From Lingula anatina (lineage: Eukaryota; Animalia; Brachiopoda): a stretch of DNA of 64,000 bases. Position numbers and translations under genes: made by a program. Shown here in pieces: positions 13,708-26,100 of the stretch; the first letter of the stretch is position 1; each line of letters begins with the position of its first letter. The stretch lies in NCBI GenBank assembly GCA_051362555.1, contig CM120646.1:18166001-18230000 (forward strand), in the 5' to 3' direction. A model generated the notes under the pieces. The model ran no database searches. It saw only the letters and a list, made by a program, of their open reading frames with translations, and had not been told where the DNA came from.

Positions 13708-14161
13708 GCTGGAACATATGGAAAATTATCAATGTACTGTGTATGATAACTTGTGTCAGGGGCGGATCCAGAGATACCGTTATTTTCTGACAGTCTTCCA
13801 GTGTGTCGCCGAGATATCTGGTACATGTAGGGTTATGTTGTGTTTTAGGCCATTGTTTAGCCAAAGTAAGATGCCATACTCACGCATACGCATATGGCAA
13901 TAAAGTTAAAACAAAGAGAAAGCTACACAAAGGAATAGACATAGATTAAAACTAGAGGATCAGAGAGGCGATACCGCCTCCGAATATTGTACCACCAGCT
14001 GGAGCAAGCGCATTCGTATAGACCCCCACATACACAAAATAAGGGACACAGCCACCAGTCTTATGCTTGACAAGCTATAAAAATGCAATCAACAAGAATT
14101 TTCAAAATACGCAAAAAATATATATAACTTAAAATGGTACAATCAAAGTTAAGTTCATCGT

Positions 14162-16310
14162 AAGGTAGGTCAAAGGTCAATTTCAAGGTCACAGTAAATT
14201 GCCAGTATATGACTTCCTATTCAACTTCAATAGTAACTATGGACCTATCTCGCTAGTTTTGGAAATAAAAGGGAACCAAAATTTGCAAAGTTCAATTCAT
14301 GATAAAAAGTAGGTCAAAGGTCAATTTCAAGGTCACATTTAGATTGCCAGTATATGACTTCCTATTCAAGTTCAAAAGTAACTATGGACCTATCTCTGCC
14401 AGTTTTGGAGATAAAAGGGAAGCAAAATTTCCAAAGTTCAGTTCATGGTGAAAGGTAGGTCAAAGGTCAATTTCAAGGTCACATTTAGATTGCCAGTACA
14501 TGACTTCCTATTCAACTTCAATAGTAACTATGGACCTATCTCTGCCAGTTTTGGAGATAAAAGGGAACCAAAATTTGCAAAGTTCAGTTCATGGTGAAAA
14601 GTAGGTCAAAGGTCAATTTTAAGGTCACATTTAGATTGCCAGTATATGACTTCCTATTCAACTTCAATAGTAACTATGAACCTATCTCTGCCAGTTTTGG
14701 AGATAAAAGGGAAGCAAAATTTGCAAAGTTCAGTTCATGGTGAAAAGTAGGTCAAAGGTCAATTTCAAGGTCACAGTAAGATTGCCATTACATGACTTCC
14801 TATTCAACTTCAATAGTAACTATGGACTTATCTCTGCCAGTTTTGGAGATATAAGGGACTAAATGTTATAATTTTGGAGTTACCATAATGTGCCATAAAT
14901 TTCCTACGGAAAAAATTAATTAAAATAAAGAAAAGGTCATTTTGGTAAAAATTCTTGAAATGGGAGGTGCTCTGAAGTTCCAGATGTTCAAATTTGATGA
15001 AATAATGTCATTTTCGACCACAAGTTGCCTGCTTTGCCAAGCCTTATGTTTTATTTTTCCGGAGTTCAAAATTTATTATCCATTACCGTACTGCACATTT
15101 TGCTTTAACCACCAAAATGTACTTTTTGATACAGCGTTACTTTGGAGATAAAAGGGAAGCAAAATTTGCAAAGTTCAGTTCATGATGAAAAGAAGGTCAA
15201 AGGTCAATTTCAAGGTCACAGTAAGATTGCCAGTATATGACTTCCTATTCAAGTTCAATAGTAACTATGGATTTATCTCTGCCAGTTTTGGGGATAAAAG
15301 GGAACCAAAATTTGCAAAGTTCAATTCATGATAAAAAGTAGGTCAAAGGTCAATTTCAAGGTCACATTTAGATTGCCAGTATATGACTTCCTATTCAACT
15401 TCAACAGTAACTATGGACCTATCTCTGCCAGGTTTGGAGTTAAAAGAGAAAGAAATTAGCAGAGTTCAGTTCATGGTGAAAAGAAGGTCAAAGGTCAATT
15501 TTAAGGTCACATTTAGATTGCCAGTATATGACTTCCTATTCAACTTCAATAGTTACTATGGACCTATCTCTGCTAGTTTTGGAGATAAAAGGGAAGCAAA
15601 ATTTCCAAAGTTCAGTTCATGGTGAAAAGTAGGTCAAAGGTCAATTTCAAGGTCACATTTAGATTGCCAGTATATGACTTCATATTCAAGTTCAATAGAA
15701 ACTATGGACCTATCTCTGCCAGTTTTGGAGATAAAAGGGAGGCAAAATTTGCAAAGTTCAGTTCATGGTGAAAAGTAGGTCAAAGGTCAATTTTAAGGTC
15801 ACATTTAGATTGCCAGTATATGACTTCCTATTCAACTTCAATAGTAACTATGGACCTATCTCTGCCAGTTTTGGAGATAAAAGGGAAGCAAAATTTGCAA
15901 AGTTCAATTTATGGTGAAAAGTAGGTCAAAGGTCAATTTCAAGGTCACAGTAAGATTGCCAGTATATGACTTCCTATTCAACTTCAATAGTAACTATGGA
16001 CCTATCTCTGCCAGTTTTGGAGATATAAGGGACTAAATGTTATAATTTCGGAGTTACCTTAATGTGCCATAAATTTCCTACAGAAAAAATTAATTAAAAT
16101 AAAGAAAAGGTCATTTTGGTAAAAATTCTTGAAATGGGAGGTGCTCTGAAGTTCCAGAAGTTCAAATTTGATGAAATAATGTCATTTTTGACCACAAGTT
16201 GTCTGCTTTGCCAAGCCTTATGTTTTATTTTTCCAGAGTTCAAAATTTATTATCCATTACCGTACTGCACATTTTGCTTTCACCACCAATATGTACTTTT
16301 TGATACAGCG
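14162..16310. repeat. 146-bp tandem satellite, 11 units in two blocks, each block followed by a duplicated ~290-bp spacer
   Basis: GGTCAAAGG at 14168, 14312, 14458, 14604, 14750 and at 15195, 15341, 15486, 15632, 15778, 15924. Spacer ~14850-15137 is nearly identical to ~16024-16310. Confidence 0.96.
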
Positions 16311-16928
16311 TAACTCGAAAACCGTATGGAATACAAAAAAACGGAGACCACCTCCAGTGTTGGGCTTTACATGCTCTACAAAATGCAAAAAAGAATGGGT
16401 CTCTAGCATTAACGGTTCCTGAATTAGAGACAGTTTTCAGTTTCGGTATCTTATGGCCGCTACTCCCGTGAAAATGCACCGATTGACCCCAAATTTACGG
16501 ATATGAAAGATGACCTGAAGGGTAACATCTTCCAATAATATTATTGGTTAAGTCTGTGTGGTGTCTGAAAAACAGCGCAAATAAATTTTTTTTCGTAAAA
16601 AAATTCATTTTTTTGAAAATTTTTGCCCGTTTGACCTTGAAATAAAGGTCAAAGGTCAAATCCAAGGGCATATTTGAAATCTACACATATGACTTTTGGA
16701 AAGCCGTCTGTAGAAATTTTTCCCATAATTCCTTCCGTAGGGTAGATAATTAGCATTTAATTTTGCCATTTTTGGACAAGGGTGCATTGCAATGAGTGCC
16801 ACACCTAGACCCCAATACCAACAAGGCCCAAATTTTACGTGGAACGAGTTGAGATTATAGGTGACCTAAATCCAAGAGATGGGTATGGGGGCCCTTACCG
16901 TCTAGGAGGAGAAGCGGTAACGGTAACA

Positions 16929-16992
16929 TGGCGGCGGAGCCGGCGGAGCCGGCGGAGCCGGCGGAGCCGCAGGAGCCGGCGGAGCCGGCGGA
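16929..16992. repeat. (CGGCGGAGC)n 9-bp microsatellite inside the HINE
   Basis: About 7 direct units; these generate the spurious RRS/PPA ORFs. Confidence 0.92.
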
Positions 16993-17781
16993 ACGGACCG
17001 GACGGGACTAAAACCATGTGTACCGCCAGCGCTAACGCTGGTGGTACAATAAATAGGTAAAGAACAAATAAATGGGACACTAATAGATCGCACTTAACCT
17101 ATTCAAACAGGATGGAGTCGTTTAAGACAGAAAAACTGGTGATTGTATGAGTACGTTTTAAACAAGCGGAGGCGTGTTAATCTCCAGCACTGTGTATTTA
17201 ATGTATTTAGATTTCTCTAAAAGCTTACGTTCTGTAACTACCAAAAAATAATATTTTTTTCGTAAATAGTACCACGGTGTCGTAAAATACCCCACCGAGA
17301 AGAAATATGCTTTTGTGATGAGGTTTAACTTCCTTGACTTAAATGGAATTCACTGGGGCCTCTCAAGTTTTTCATTCAATGATATAATAGGTATAATTTA
17401 CAACAGGCACCAATCTAAGGCGCGTCACCACGCGACCCACAGCTGCCTTCTCAAACTGAGTATAAGTTGTCGTGCCAGTGAGAAATCCACGTTACTACAA
17501 CATATAAAATCGTGTTTGCACACCACTACGAAGTACCACTAGTATGGTATTGGACCCATTAAACCTCACAAGAGACCGATAACAACTTCCCATTAAGAAT
17601 GTGTAGATTAATGACTCTTGATAAGGTATGATAAATCAGTTGACGTGAACAAAAGAAGAGTTAGGGTGTTGCTATAGGACAAAGTCTGCAAGCAGCAGTC
17701 CTCCTACTTTAAGTATAAGTAGTGCCCCGTACTGTAAAAAGATATTTAGTTAGAAATTATGTACAAAACTGTGTGAAGTGT

Positions 17782-17827
17782 CAACAACAACAACAACAAC
17801 AACAACTATTATTATTATTATTATTAT
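17782..17827. repeat. (CAA)n(TAT)n compound microsatellite
   Basis: Direct trinucleotide repeats. Confidence 0.9.
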
Positions 17828-20800
17828 AACTGCACCCTTTTCTTATAGCTATTGATAACTTTATGTGACAAGGTTGAATGTGTCCCACTTATTCTGTGTT
17901 TATCTTATTGTGATAGTAAAACAACCACGCCCAAAAGCAGTGTTGCCCTTCAAACAGCCGTTGCCTTCTTGTTTTCTGGAGGTGATCTGAGACTGTTTGC
18001 CTTTTTTGTATGTCACATCGAAAGAAACATCAGACAACGAAAAGAAAATATACAAAATAAAAAATAAAAAATAAACCCCTTTCTTCCCTGATTTCTCCGT
18101 TTTTAGACATTTCATTCCAAAGCTAAAAACGTCTTAAAGTCGCATGCATTCATGTAACGGAGAAAGAGGAAAACGGAAAAAGGCAGACGATAGTTTCGTA
18201 GATGGTAATCTTACGTTCAGTTGCCCCAATTTAAAATTTGAATGGCAGCGAATCTTGCATCCGTATTTCAGCTTTGAGTACATTAACAATGCTTTCTGAC
18301 GAAGAACTTGAAACTGGTGTTCGTTATTTATCTTGCCTAACTTACGGGGAATTGAATTAGAGAGTCGTATAACCTTCACAATATAATTACTCGTGGTTTG
18401 GGGCAAACCTTTACTCTGGATTTTATTATGGAAATACTTGCATTAATCAGCGATAGTAAAGATGGCAAACTAATTGAAGTGCAAACTTCAAAACCCAGAT
18501 TAGAGAGCGGACTCTTTCCGGCAAAATATGTGATTCGTTTCCCCTACGAATCATCCTCTCTCTCTGCTGGCTTGCAACAGACATGTTGCTGAAAATTTAG
18601 GTTTTCAAGATTTTGAAGGTTTTTCTGAGTAACGAACTGACGATTACGACAAAAATATAGAGTATTGTTAAATTTCTTTTGCTAATACATCAACACATTT
18701 TGTCTTTACGAATCCAGCGTGACAAATAAGATGAGCCACTGCTTACGTGTTTACATGTTTAATTTGAACACGATTAAATTAAGTTTGGCTATAATAAGCC
18801 CTGTACCATAGATATTGTGTATTCTGCTTAATATGACACGTGATTAAAAAAAGATGATGTTAGAAGCCTGTCAATAGCACTTTACCTTTGGCGTCCTTAT
18901 TTTGTCCGTGAGCTCTCTCCGGTTTTAGTAAACTCAAACTAAAGTATTACCTGTTCATAAACCTTGGATACGGAATAAATATTTACCCAAATTTTGATTG
19001 GGGAAGTCTTATCTTTGTAGAGCGCCGTTCCCACAGAGAATTGAGTGAGTAATTACATGTACAGGCTGTATCCCATTAACAGAGTTATGTAAGGGGGGGG
19101 GGGGCGATCTTGGTTTGGGGGTGTGCGTGTGCGTATCTTTGTGGGTCGAGGGCCATTTAAGGAGATGCACTACATGTATTGTCACTAATAGTAAGAATGA
19201 TTTATAACTATAGCTATATGTATAAAGGTTTTATAGCTGTCCCAAAGATCCTTCTTGCTAAAACCGACCTCTGAAGAAAAAGAATAGGTAAATATCAGGT
19301 AGAGCAGGTTAGGTAAGAGTGTGCCCCAGAACAGATTATACAGATAACAGTAGATGCAAAATTTGTATCTTTCGGCTAAAGGTAATTGAATGTAGTAGTT
19401 GTCCCATGATTGCACTCAAAATCGATATATTTCGGTGTAGGTAGTCCAGTGCAGTAGTTGTTCCCTAATTCCAATCACATTGGCGTCAATTATCGCAATG
19501 ATTTAGAAAAAATCAATCAGAACAATGCATCTGACATCGTTAGGCGGTAAATAGTAAATGCCACTGGTGCATAAGCTAAACGACACGTAGAATTACCGAT
19601 TTTTGAAAATGATTACTTGTTTTCTTTTAATTAAACACATTTACCTTTTATATTAAACATTATTTAATAAGTCACCCACACGTATATTAAGAGTACGCCT
19701 ATTGATTGATTTATTCAAGAGTTGATTGGAAAAAATATAATTTCAGTCAGCATATCGTAAAACGTGCACACTGCATACACTGAAATACACTTGTCTCAAA
19801 TAATCAACCTTAAAGCAAACATTAAGTTGTAAGCCCATATAATACATATACAGTCTACAAGGAAAAATGGAGACACAAGTTTGAATAACAGTATATTTAC
19901 AATTCCCCCCATGACTTCGTAAACTTGCTATGTACCTACATCAAAATACGTAAACATAAAGGTTTGAAACAAAGGTACTGGAGGATAAACCACTTGTTTC
20001 TTATGGAATGTTGTTTAAATATACAGTTCATCACATCTATACAAACTCAGAAACATTCAGAATAACAATGTGCCAAATACGGTAAGAATGAATTTACAAA
20101 AACTCCCAAGAGAACACCAAATGTGGAGCATTTAGATTGCAATATCTGCAATATTTTAATGTCACTTTATTTTAAAATTCTTGATAGCTCAGTCTTACTT
20201 ATAATGATTATTCGTTGCCCTAACAGGAACCGTCCCAGATGGTTTCCGAACTAAGCATATACAATTCAGATTGTTTTCCAGGATAAGGAGCAGAGTGACT
20301 TTCATTGCTGAAGCAGATAGAAAACTCTTTGTTGATACGGGGTTTCTATAACCAGACTGTTACAAAAATAAATTTCCCCAGTAAATTAAACAGTGTGGAT
20401 AACCTTTTGCTTGCATGTACACTTTTTATGTGCAAGTGTAATAAATCAAATTCCAGCGAAAAGCTCTAAAATGGCTGTTTTTGAGGTTATCTCGCTGGTT
20501 CAACAGTGATTTATAGTCAGGTTGCTAGGATGATTATATAGACACTATATTTCCCTTGAAGTTGTTGTTGCCCATACATATATAACCCTTTCCTATAGCA
20601 TTGGCGGCCATCTTTTTTTTATCGCTAATAAATGCCCAAGGATACAGGATTGTTACCCGCCAGATATGTATATAATGGGGATGAAGGATGCAGAAACCAC
20701 TGACCAAAAACCTTATCCGAGTTTGTATACCATACTCCCTGGAACCAGTCTATTATACCATATGATTCAAACGTATTTTGGACAAAAATTATAAAATACC

Positions 20801-21037
20801 CATTTTAAACATAGACCTAAAGGACCAATACTCCACATCCAATAATATTCAATCACAGGGAAAATATAAAGAATGAATACATACGTTATCTTAATTAAAT
20901 TATAAATGCGTCCGAATGCATCGGTGGTGTGTGCTTTAATAAGTACACATAGCACGATGCCGCATTTTATAAACAGCTTATACCATTCATCAATCAGAAA
21001 GTTAGATTCAGAACTTGAGAATTTTCCAAAATGGTAT

Positions 21038-23149
21038 TCAAACGCCTACAAACACTTCTTCGACAATGACGTTAGTGCTGGATTGCCACCCTGTGTACAT
21101 TCCATGGCCTGAATAACCAGCACAAGGCGCTGTTCTCAACTCAACACTTGTTGGTCCGCTTGGAATGTCGTGGCAGATTCCATCCACTGAAAGAAAAACC
21201 CCAAACTTTCGATTAAGAATGGGAAAGGTGATATTTCACTGGATCGACCAATGAAATGATGTAAAACGAACATTTAACCTATGAGAAAATGTCTCTCTCG
21301 AAATGTAGGGTTTAATAAGTCAGACAATTCCACAGTGAAAAGAAACTTTAGGTCTGTGTTACGGAGTTCATGGGAGTGTATGACAGAAAAAAGGACATGC
21401 TTGGCGTAAGCTAGGTCTCTACGAGACAATGAGGAAACCATTACAAAACACACTTACCTACACAAGGCTGATGCCAGTGGGCCTCTGAAGGTCCTAACTC
21501 GTACATAACTCTCTCAATACTGCCCGGATTATTACACTCAGTTCCGTTAAAGGTCACGTACCAGCGCCCACAATTTGGGTTTCCAAGGATACGACAGTTG
21601 AAACTCCAGATAACATTAATGCCACTGTCCGAATATATTTTGTTGTACACGAAAGCCTGAAGAAAAATATGGAAAAATCCCAACTGAGTGCACACCATCA
21701 TAATCAACAAGCAAAAACTTACGTCACAATGACGTCACAATACGCCAGTTCATTGAATAACCCAAAACGCCCGTGTACATTTAGCTCACCTTGATGAGTG
21801 CATTATTGTTCCCGTTGTTAAGGCTGAGCCACCACCCGTGCTGTCTGTTCACCACTGGGAGACGATATGCGTGACCACTTGGGGTGAGAACTGGAAAGAT
21901 TCAAGATAGGATGAGAAGAAGCAAAATTGTGTGTAATTTGTGCTTTATTACTGACCAGCACATGTGACACGTCATACCTGATGGTGCTTTATATATCGTG
22001 GTTGTGCTTTTCAGTCGTGGTAGTTTGCGTACAGGATTTATACATCGATTGCTGTACCTTATAGACACAGCTAAAACCCCCGTCACACTTATTCGGAATC
22101 AGCAGGAATCAAGCAGAACCAGGCGGAATGACTAAATTTCAAAATTGGTACTAAATTCGGGAAGAAATTTCAAATTGATCTAAATCCTTGTAAGAATGCC
22201 GTTGGAATACTCAGAATGCGCTGTAGTTCGATTGCTGGCTGAAATAGGATCGAGATGCATTCGAGTTGCATTCTGGCTAATTCTGGCAGGATTTGAAGTG
22301 TTTTGCCATTTCGGTTCTCCCTCGAATGTGTGTTCAACTACATTCGAACTGCATTTGAGGGCTAATACACCCAAAATGTGCACGAATCATCCCAGGCGGG
22401 TTCGAAGCGCATACTGAGTATTCCAACAGTAATCTTACAAGAATTTAGGTCACTTGTTTTTTCTTCCCGAATTTGGTGCGAATCTTGAAAATTCTTCACT
22501 CCGGTTCATTCTGCCTGATTACTGCTGATTCCGAATAAGTGTGTCGGAGGCTTTACTTTGGAAGTACGTTCTTCCATGCTCTCACAGTGCGTAAAAGTGT
22601 CCCCCGAAATCATCAAAAGAGAAAAGTAATCTGTGCTGGGAAGTAAAGTCCACCCCTCTCGTGACGCAGTTAGACTGTAGAACCTTTCAAAACACAGCTA
22701 TATCGCTGAGATATAACTTTCGATGTGAAGAGGGCCTGTGCAAATATAAATGAACACTCACCAGCACTTATATCATTGCCAAGACGCGACTCCTCCATGA
22801 TCAGTATATTCTCTTGATTCCAACCGGTATGGGGATGGCCTGCATTATAGCTATCGTAACAGGCTCCAACGTGAAGGGAAACCGTAACCGTCCCTGCCGC
22901 AAGTCCTTCACATAGTCCGTGTACTGAGGATGAAAATCATTGCACAGGCTATACATAGATGATTGTAGTTTTGAATCAATGTTAGTCTCGTTATGAAAAA
23001 GCCATTCTCCAAACTCGTTCAATATTCTCCGATAAAACATTGAAAATTTTATCATTGCATGTGATGTGTTAAGTAATTATAATCAAACCTGATACTATAT
23101 AGACTTCTAGTGTTATACAAACATATGCTTTCTTTTTTAACTTAATGTT

Positions 23150-23188
<39 letters not shown>

Positions 23189-26100
23189 AAAAACCTACAT
23201 GCATATCCCCTGTGAAACATGCTATCTCCTTGCACGTAGAAGACCATATCGACAGTGCCTGGATTTTGGCATTCTGCTCCATTAAACTTAAAGTACCATC
23301 GCGAACAGGCGGGGCTTCCGGACACATACAAATTTCCAGAATAATGAATGACAAGTGCTGTATCACTGGCCCTCTTCCGGAATGTCTCGCTCTAGAAGAT
23401 AGTTGCACAACTAATTACACCACTACCTGTATTGGTGGAAGAGAAAAAGCAAAATGTGGGGCTATTTTTAGTCATTTTTGTTAAGGCCCTCCTTGTTGTC
23501 ACTCCCAATCATGTATGGTTAATTGCTGTGCCCAAGGTTTAAACCAACACTAACGTACATTGTAAGTGAAGTATTTCGTACCATAATCAAAATTCAACTG
23601 CATGTATCCAAACAATTCGTCCACCGAAGCATTAAAAAAAAAACCAACTCTGTTCCCTTGCAAATCAGTGGCAACGACGAATGCCTTAAAATGTTTACAA
23701 GCATGTGTATGGAAAAGCACAGATTTAACCAATTATTACGAAAAGTTAAAGAACATTGGCATTCTCTGAAACACTCTTAGAACTACTATATCCCAAAGGT
23801 TAGAACTGTTAGATATGCAAAGGCTTTTATCCCATGGACCCTAAGGAATTTTAATGAACAATGAAACTGATTAATAGAATATTTTAATAATTGCATTATT
23901 TTGTGTTATTGATCGAATTATTTTGAAGAAACTGATTAATTTAATATTTTAATATTAATTGAATTCTTTTATGGAACTACTTAAAAGAAGCAGTTCAGAT
24001 TATATATTTTTATCAGTGAATTCATGTTTTACTGTAATAATGTGTTTTAGTTGCTTTTATCACTTTTTTAAAACTTACCTGTAAAATCCAACTTTTAGTT
24101 GTAAGACTTAACATTATTATTATTAATACTCACAATATAGGCATTTGCACTTCCTGTGTAAGCGTAGTAGTACTTGTTCAGATATTGAATGTTAAATGTA
24201 GACAGCGAGGCGCAGGCACCTAAAACATAAATGAGAAGTTTGCAGTATTCAGCCTAGAATAGAAACGGTGACTATATGACTTTTAACAACGAGTTTCTCT
24301 TTGAGTTTGCTCTCTCTCTCTGGTTCTTGATAACAATGAAATCAAAGAACTCGTTAACCTAATGCGAAAGGGAACTTTAGTGTCGGCAGATGCGCAACAT
24401 TTAAGCCCTTTTGAATAGCATTGATCAACGTCCTCCTCCCGTTGTCCGGGTCTGTCGGAAACTTTAGTCTACAGGTATAATCATGGTATATATCTCCTTT
24501 ACTAAACGGTGGAGATTATGGTAAATTATGTAGTGGTGAGCCGCTATCCGAACACTGAAACAAAAGGTGTTCTAGGCACCTTTTGTTTCTCTTTTGTATT
24601 TCTTAGCACTTGTGATGAATATTAATGAGGCAGTAGGTCATGGACTTAGGGAGAAAAGATTAAGTCATCATCACATAGGCTTAAAATTCCACAACAGCGA
24701 TTCTCACATTTTTTTTTTTATTTCAATAAAAATCCGTTGTCTTCTTACCAGAGCCAACGCCGTATTCTACTTCGGCCACGGTTATCCTGCTTCTAGCTCT
24801 CCATCCAACATAGTTACTTCGATCTGCGCTACATCTAACAGTTGCTAGAGAAATTGATCTCACTCCGGCTGCTATGTTATTACAGATACCGAAAACTAAG
24901 AGAAAAATAAAGATTGGTGAAATTAATAACAGAAGAAATTTAATGCCGTTGAAATATGTCCTCAATTCACTGATGCACAGCGCATACTCTTAGAGTACTA
25001 CATGTAATGTCCATGAATATGCATGTACCTTTACGTTACCATAAATAACTTTGTTTTGGAATTTCTGTTATGGCTTTTAGATTTTTTTTAATTGCTACGA
25101 TATGCTTATTTGTGTTTAAAAAATGACATGAGTATTCAAATAATAGAAAACGAAATCCAGAAAATATAGCAACAAGTACAGACACATTTGCTGTCGTCAA
25201 ACATGAAGTTAAATAACATGTTTTAATTGGAAACAAGCTATCCATTTTTTTACACATACTTATGCTACTAAACACTTACAGAAATAAAGAACTTACACTC
25301 CGTGTGTTTCAAGTGGTTTCTAGACTCGTGATTAAACTCTGTGAACCGGATGCGTCCAGGATCAGCACATTCTGATCCGTCAATCATGAAGACCCAGTAC
25401 GTGCACCCATGCGCCGTGTTTACCGCTGATCTCGTGGTCCCACTCCATTTTAGGTACAGACCTGTTTCGACTCCTTTCTTTTTGGTGTAAGAAATAGTCT
25501 GCAATACATATCATCGAATAGATTAAATATTCATATCATGAGGGAATAAACATTAGTGTGTTATTTTATACATGTATGATAAGATAATTAATAAAACAGA
25601 CAGTTGTTGTCACCAAGTGATTTTATAGGTACTCTTAGCTTTTGTTTATTATAACGATTTGGTGCCTTTAAGGCATTCTTAATATGTCAACATATACCTC
25701 AATTAGCATATCTTTGTCATTGAAACAGTGTGGGTGTTCCTCATGATACAAAATCAAAAATCAAATTATGATTTGTTTTGGTGTGTTGGTTAGGAGCAGG
25801 GTTACATATACATGTATTAGGCTTGTAGCATTAACCTGTCTTAAACTATATTTTGTAGTTTTTTTTTCTTTCGACCCTAGTTTAAGGTTATGCATCTCAT
25901 ATGTGTGATATATTATTTTGCGCAAGTATCAGATGTGATATACTTTTAAAATGCTTATCTTACTTCTTAATTTACCCTTCCTCTATACACTTTTTCGTGT
26001 TATTCATACTCTTTGGCATGTAGTAACCATCGAACATCAAAATTAAACCCTCTCATGTAGCTTTTTAATATGTCATGATATACACTGCAATCCGCCGGCC

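Larger units (their letters stand above)
13951..17051. mobile_element. Non-autonomous Helentron/HINE (DINE-1-like) element carrying an internal satellite array
   Basis: Subterminal inverted repeat TATTGTACCACCAGC (13985-13999) / GCTGGTGGTACAATA (17037-17051). Terminal hairpin TGTACCGCCAGCG-CTAA-CGCTGGTGGTACA (17019-17048). (CGGCGGAGC)n microsatellite near that end, A-rich flanks with no TSD, and an internal tandem array. Confidence 0.8.

Noticed and set aside
14162-16030. Regularly spaced repeats resembling a CRISPR array
   Set aside because: Whole 146-bp units are repeated with no unique spacers, there are no cas genes, and the context is eukaryotic; this is a satellite.
14942-16313. Two near-identical ORFs MVKILEMGGALKFQ...
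   Set aside because: They lie in the duplicated spacer of the repeat element, have non-ATG starts and show no recognisable protein similarity.
16839-17093. Arg/Ser-rich (protamine-like) and Pro/Ala-rich ORFs
   Set aside because: Products of the 9-bp microsatellite within the HINE terminus.
18134-20200. Possible decayed transposase/LINE fragments in the PLAC8-to-CTHRC1-like intergenic region
   Set aside because: No diagnostic motif recognisable by eye; a BLASTX/Dfam search would be needed.
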